Source: Archangiaceae bacterium (GTDB taxonomy: Bacteria; Myxococcota; Myxococcia; Myxococcales; Myxococcaceae). From it: 49,942 nt of DNA. The position numbers and the translations under genes were made by a program. Positions within the stretch are counted from its first letter, which is position 1, and every line of letters begins with the position of its first letter. Under the pieces are notes generated by a model that ran no database searches, was not told where the DNA came from, and worked only from the letters and a program-made list of their open reading frames with translations. The stretch spans positions 1 through 49,942 of the forward strand of contig JAYVCD010000314.1 in the NCBI GenBank assembly GCA_043750125.1. The letters run 5' to 3'. Below, one piece after another: positions 48,047 to 49,942 of the stretch.

Positions 48047-48945
48047 GGACTCCGATTTCGATTCTGGGTGGGTGCGCGCGGGCCTGGCCGGTCACCCCGG
48101 CCCATTTTCAACTCGAAGAAGAGTTCGAAGCGCTGTGGTCGGGGCAGTTTCGGAAAATCGGGCGGTTCATCAAGTTGGCGCTGTCGGGCGCGGCGCTCGC
48201 GATGAAACACGCAGGGGTGAAGCAGCTGCCGCCCCGACGCACCGGAGTGTTTCTGGGGACGGGCCTGGGAAACCTCGCGGACCTGATTCCTTTCGTGCGG
48301 TCCCTGTACGACGGGCAGAGCATCCCCAGCCCGACCCAGTTCGCGAACTCGGTGGGGAATGCGGGGGCGTTCTACATCGCCCAGGCCTACGCATTGGAAG
48401 GCCCGGTGCTCGCCATTTGCCAGGACGAGGCGAGCTTCGAAGCGGCGCTGCTCAACGCTTCAACCCTGCTTCACGCCGAAGAAATCGATTTTGCCCTGGT
48501 GGGAGGGGTCGATGTTTTCGTTCCCCCGGCCTCCGAGCACCTGGCTCGGCTTGGGCTCGACCCGACCGACACCCGGGTCTTGCTCGCGGAAGGTGTCGGG
48601 TTCTGGCTGTTGTCGCGTGAAGGGAACCAGGGGCCGGCCCAGCTGCTCGACGTGACGATGAAGCAAGCGGAGCCCGCCTCGATGTTGAAGACCGCGCGGG
48701 AACCCGAGGGCCCGCAGAGCCTCTTCCTGGGTCATGGGCTCGCGGCGCACCAGGCGCAGCTGTTGAGCCTGTTGGGTCCAGGGGCGTCGGCCGCGGCGGC
48801 GAGCCCCGGCATCTTTCCCACCCAGGCGGCCTTCGGTGCGGGCGCGTTCGTCACCGGAAACGCCGTGCCGGGGGCGCTGTACCATTCGCTGTCTTCGACC
48901 CGAGAAGGGCTGTTGGGCTCAATCACTGCGAGGAAGACGCTCTGA
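48043..48945 (+). CDS. chain-length-factor-like inactive ketosynthase
   Basis: SPTQFANSVGNA; QDEASFE in place of TACTS; LVGGVD; no catalytic His motifs; ATGA-coupled to the KS gene. Confidence 0.8.
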   Translation: MRTPISILGGCARAWPVTPAHFQLEEEFEALWSGQFRKIGRFIKLALSGAALAMKHAGVKQLPPRRTGVFLGTGLGNLADLIPFVRSLYDGQSIPSPTQFANSVGNAGAFYIAQAYALEGPVLAICQDEASFEAALLNASTLLHAEEIDFALVGGVDVFVPPASEHLARLGLDPTDTRVLLAEGVGFWLLSREGNQGPAQLLDVTMKQAEPASMLKTAREPEGPQSLFLGHGLAAHQAQLLSLLGPGASAAAASPGIFPTQAAFGAGAFVTGNAVPGALYHSLSSTREGLLGSITARKTL

Positions 48946-49862
48946 AGCGCGTGCTGCTGGTGTGCCACACCCAGACGGGCCAGCTGCGGCGATGCGCCGA
49001 CAGCCTGCTGGCGCCGTTGCTGAAGTCGGGCGACGTGCAGCTCGAGGTGTTCGACCCCCGGCCGAAGACCCCGTACCCGTTCCCCTGGGGGATCGGAGAA
49101 TTTCTCGATGTGATGCCCGAGTCGGTGCTCGAGGTTCCGGTGGCGATGCAACCGATGGCGATCGCCCACGAGCGCTACGACTTGATCATCTTCGCCTGGC
49201 AGGTGTGGTTCCTGGCCCCTTCGCTGCCGATCACCGCGTTCCTCGCTTCACCCGAGGCAAAGGTGTTGTCCGGGACGCCCGTGGTGGTGCTGTGCGCCTG
49301 TCGCAACATGTGGCACGCGGCCTGGCTCAAGCTGAAGCCCCGGCTCGACGAGCTGGGAGCGCGGGTCATCGATCACATCGTCCTCGTCGACCAGGGGCCG
49401 ACGTGGGCGACCTTCGTCACCACTCCCCGGTGGGTCTGGACCGGGCGGAAGAATGCCTTTGGTCCTTTTCCGCCGGCGGGAGTCTCGGACGCAGCGATCG
49501 AGGCGCTGGGAGCTTCGGGCGAAAAGCTGCGCGACGCGCTGCGAGAGGGAAAGTTGCAGTCGTCGGTGCTGAAGGGAACGAGCCCGGTTCCGCTCACCGT
49601 GCTTCGCAAATACGTGCTCCCCGAGTTCCTGGCTGGGTATGTCTTCGCCGCGTGGGCTCGGGCCATTCGCGCAGCGGGAAACGTGTGGACCGGCTTCCGG
49701 CTTCCGCTCGAGCTGCTGTTCCTCACCTGGCTGTGCAGCTCGGTGTTGTTGCTGCTTCCGGTGCTGGTGCTCGTCGCGATGGTGGTACGGGTTGGTTTCA
49801 AGGGTTGGTTCAACGCTCGGGTTTCCGAGCTGACCGGGCCCAGTGAAGGGGAGGTTGCTTGA
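48942..49862 (+). CDS. darA: DarA-type dialkylresorcinol aromatase (flavodoxin-like fold)
   Basis: HTQTGQL, YPFPW..FLDVMPESV, QVWFLAPSLP, CRNMW, FPPAGVS. Start is CTG 48942 or GTG 48951. Confidence 0.88.
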   Translation: MKRVLLVCHTQTGQLRRCADSLLAPLLKSGDVQLEVFDPRPKTPYPFPWGIGEFLDVMPESVLEVPVAMQPMAIAHERYDLIIFAWQVWFLAPSLPITAFLASPEAKVLSGTPVVVLCACRNMWHAAWLKLKPRLDELGARVIDHIVLVDQGPTWATFVTTPRWVWTGRKNAFGPFPPAGVSDAAIEALGASGEKLRDALREGKLQSSVLKGTSPVPLTVLRKYVLPEFLAGYVFAAWARAIRAAGNVWTGFRLPLELLFLTWLCSSVLLLLPVLVLVAMVVRVGFKGWFNARVSELTGPSEGEVA

Positions 49863-49942
49863 AGGCGTACATCACCCAGCTTGCGGGCTTCTTGCCCAAC
49901 CCTTCGGTGCCCAACGAGGACATCGAGCGCGTTCTCGGGCAG
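49859..49942 (+). CDS. darB: second DarB/StlD-type ketosynthase, 5' end only (cut by window edge)
   Basis: TTG overlaps the darA stop, with GGAGG upstream; reads MKAYITQLAGFLPNPSVPNEDIERVLGQ, 22/28 identical to the 42803 protein. Confidence 0.8.
   Translation, partial: MKAYITQLAGFLPNPSVPNEDIERVLGQ

Overview
A gene-dense, GC-rich bacterial chromosome segment whose gene content (Hanks kinases with PEGA domains, TSP3-OmpA, lpxD-fabZ-lpxA-lpxI) suggests Myxococcota; this is inference. From left to right it contains: (1) a ~11.6 kb co-directional pspA locus (PspA/IM30, substrate-binding protein, membrane coiled-coil protein, lipoprotein, LolD/MacB-type ABC pair, membrane protein, Ser/Thr kinase, tandem AAA+ ATPase, HlyIII); (2) a two-gene alpha-2-macroglobulin-like pair with one frameshift; (3) envelope and housekeeping genes (glycerate kinase, YccF, MltD-like transglycosylase, tetraheme cytochrome, MscS, LpoB-like operon, DEAD helicase/EVE, skp-lpxD-fabZ-lpxA-lpxI); (4) a kinase/pseudokinase/PEGA group and OmpA proteins; (5) from 42.8 kb to the window edge, a dialkylresorcinol-type (DarA/DarB) biosynthetic cluster. 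That cluster has two DarB paralogues, a KS/CLF-like pair, an ACP, a BtrH-like protein and a divergently transcribed ferredoxin/diiron acyl-ACP-desaturase-like fusion. It is the best candidate for an undescribed system, with the pspA-AAA locus second. I saw no rRNA, tRNA, CRISPR or mobile element. Family assignments come from motif recognition only; no searches were run.
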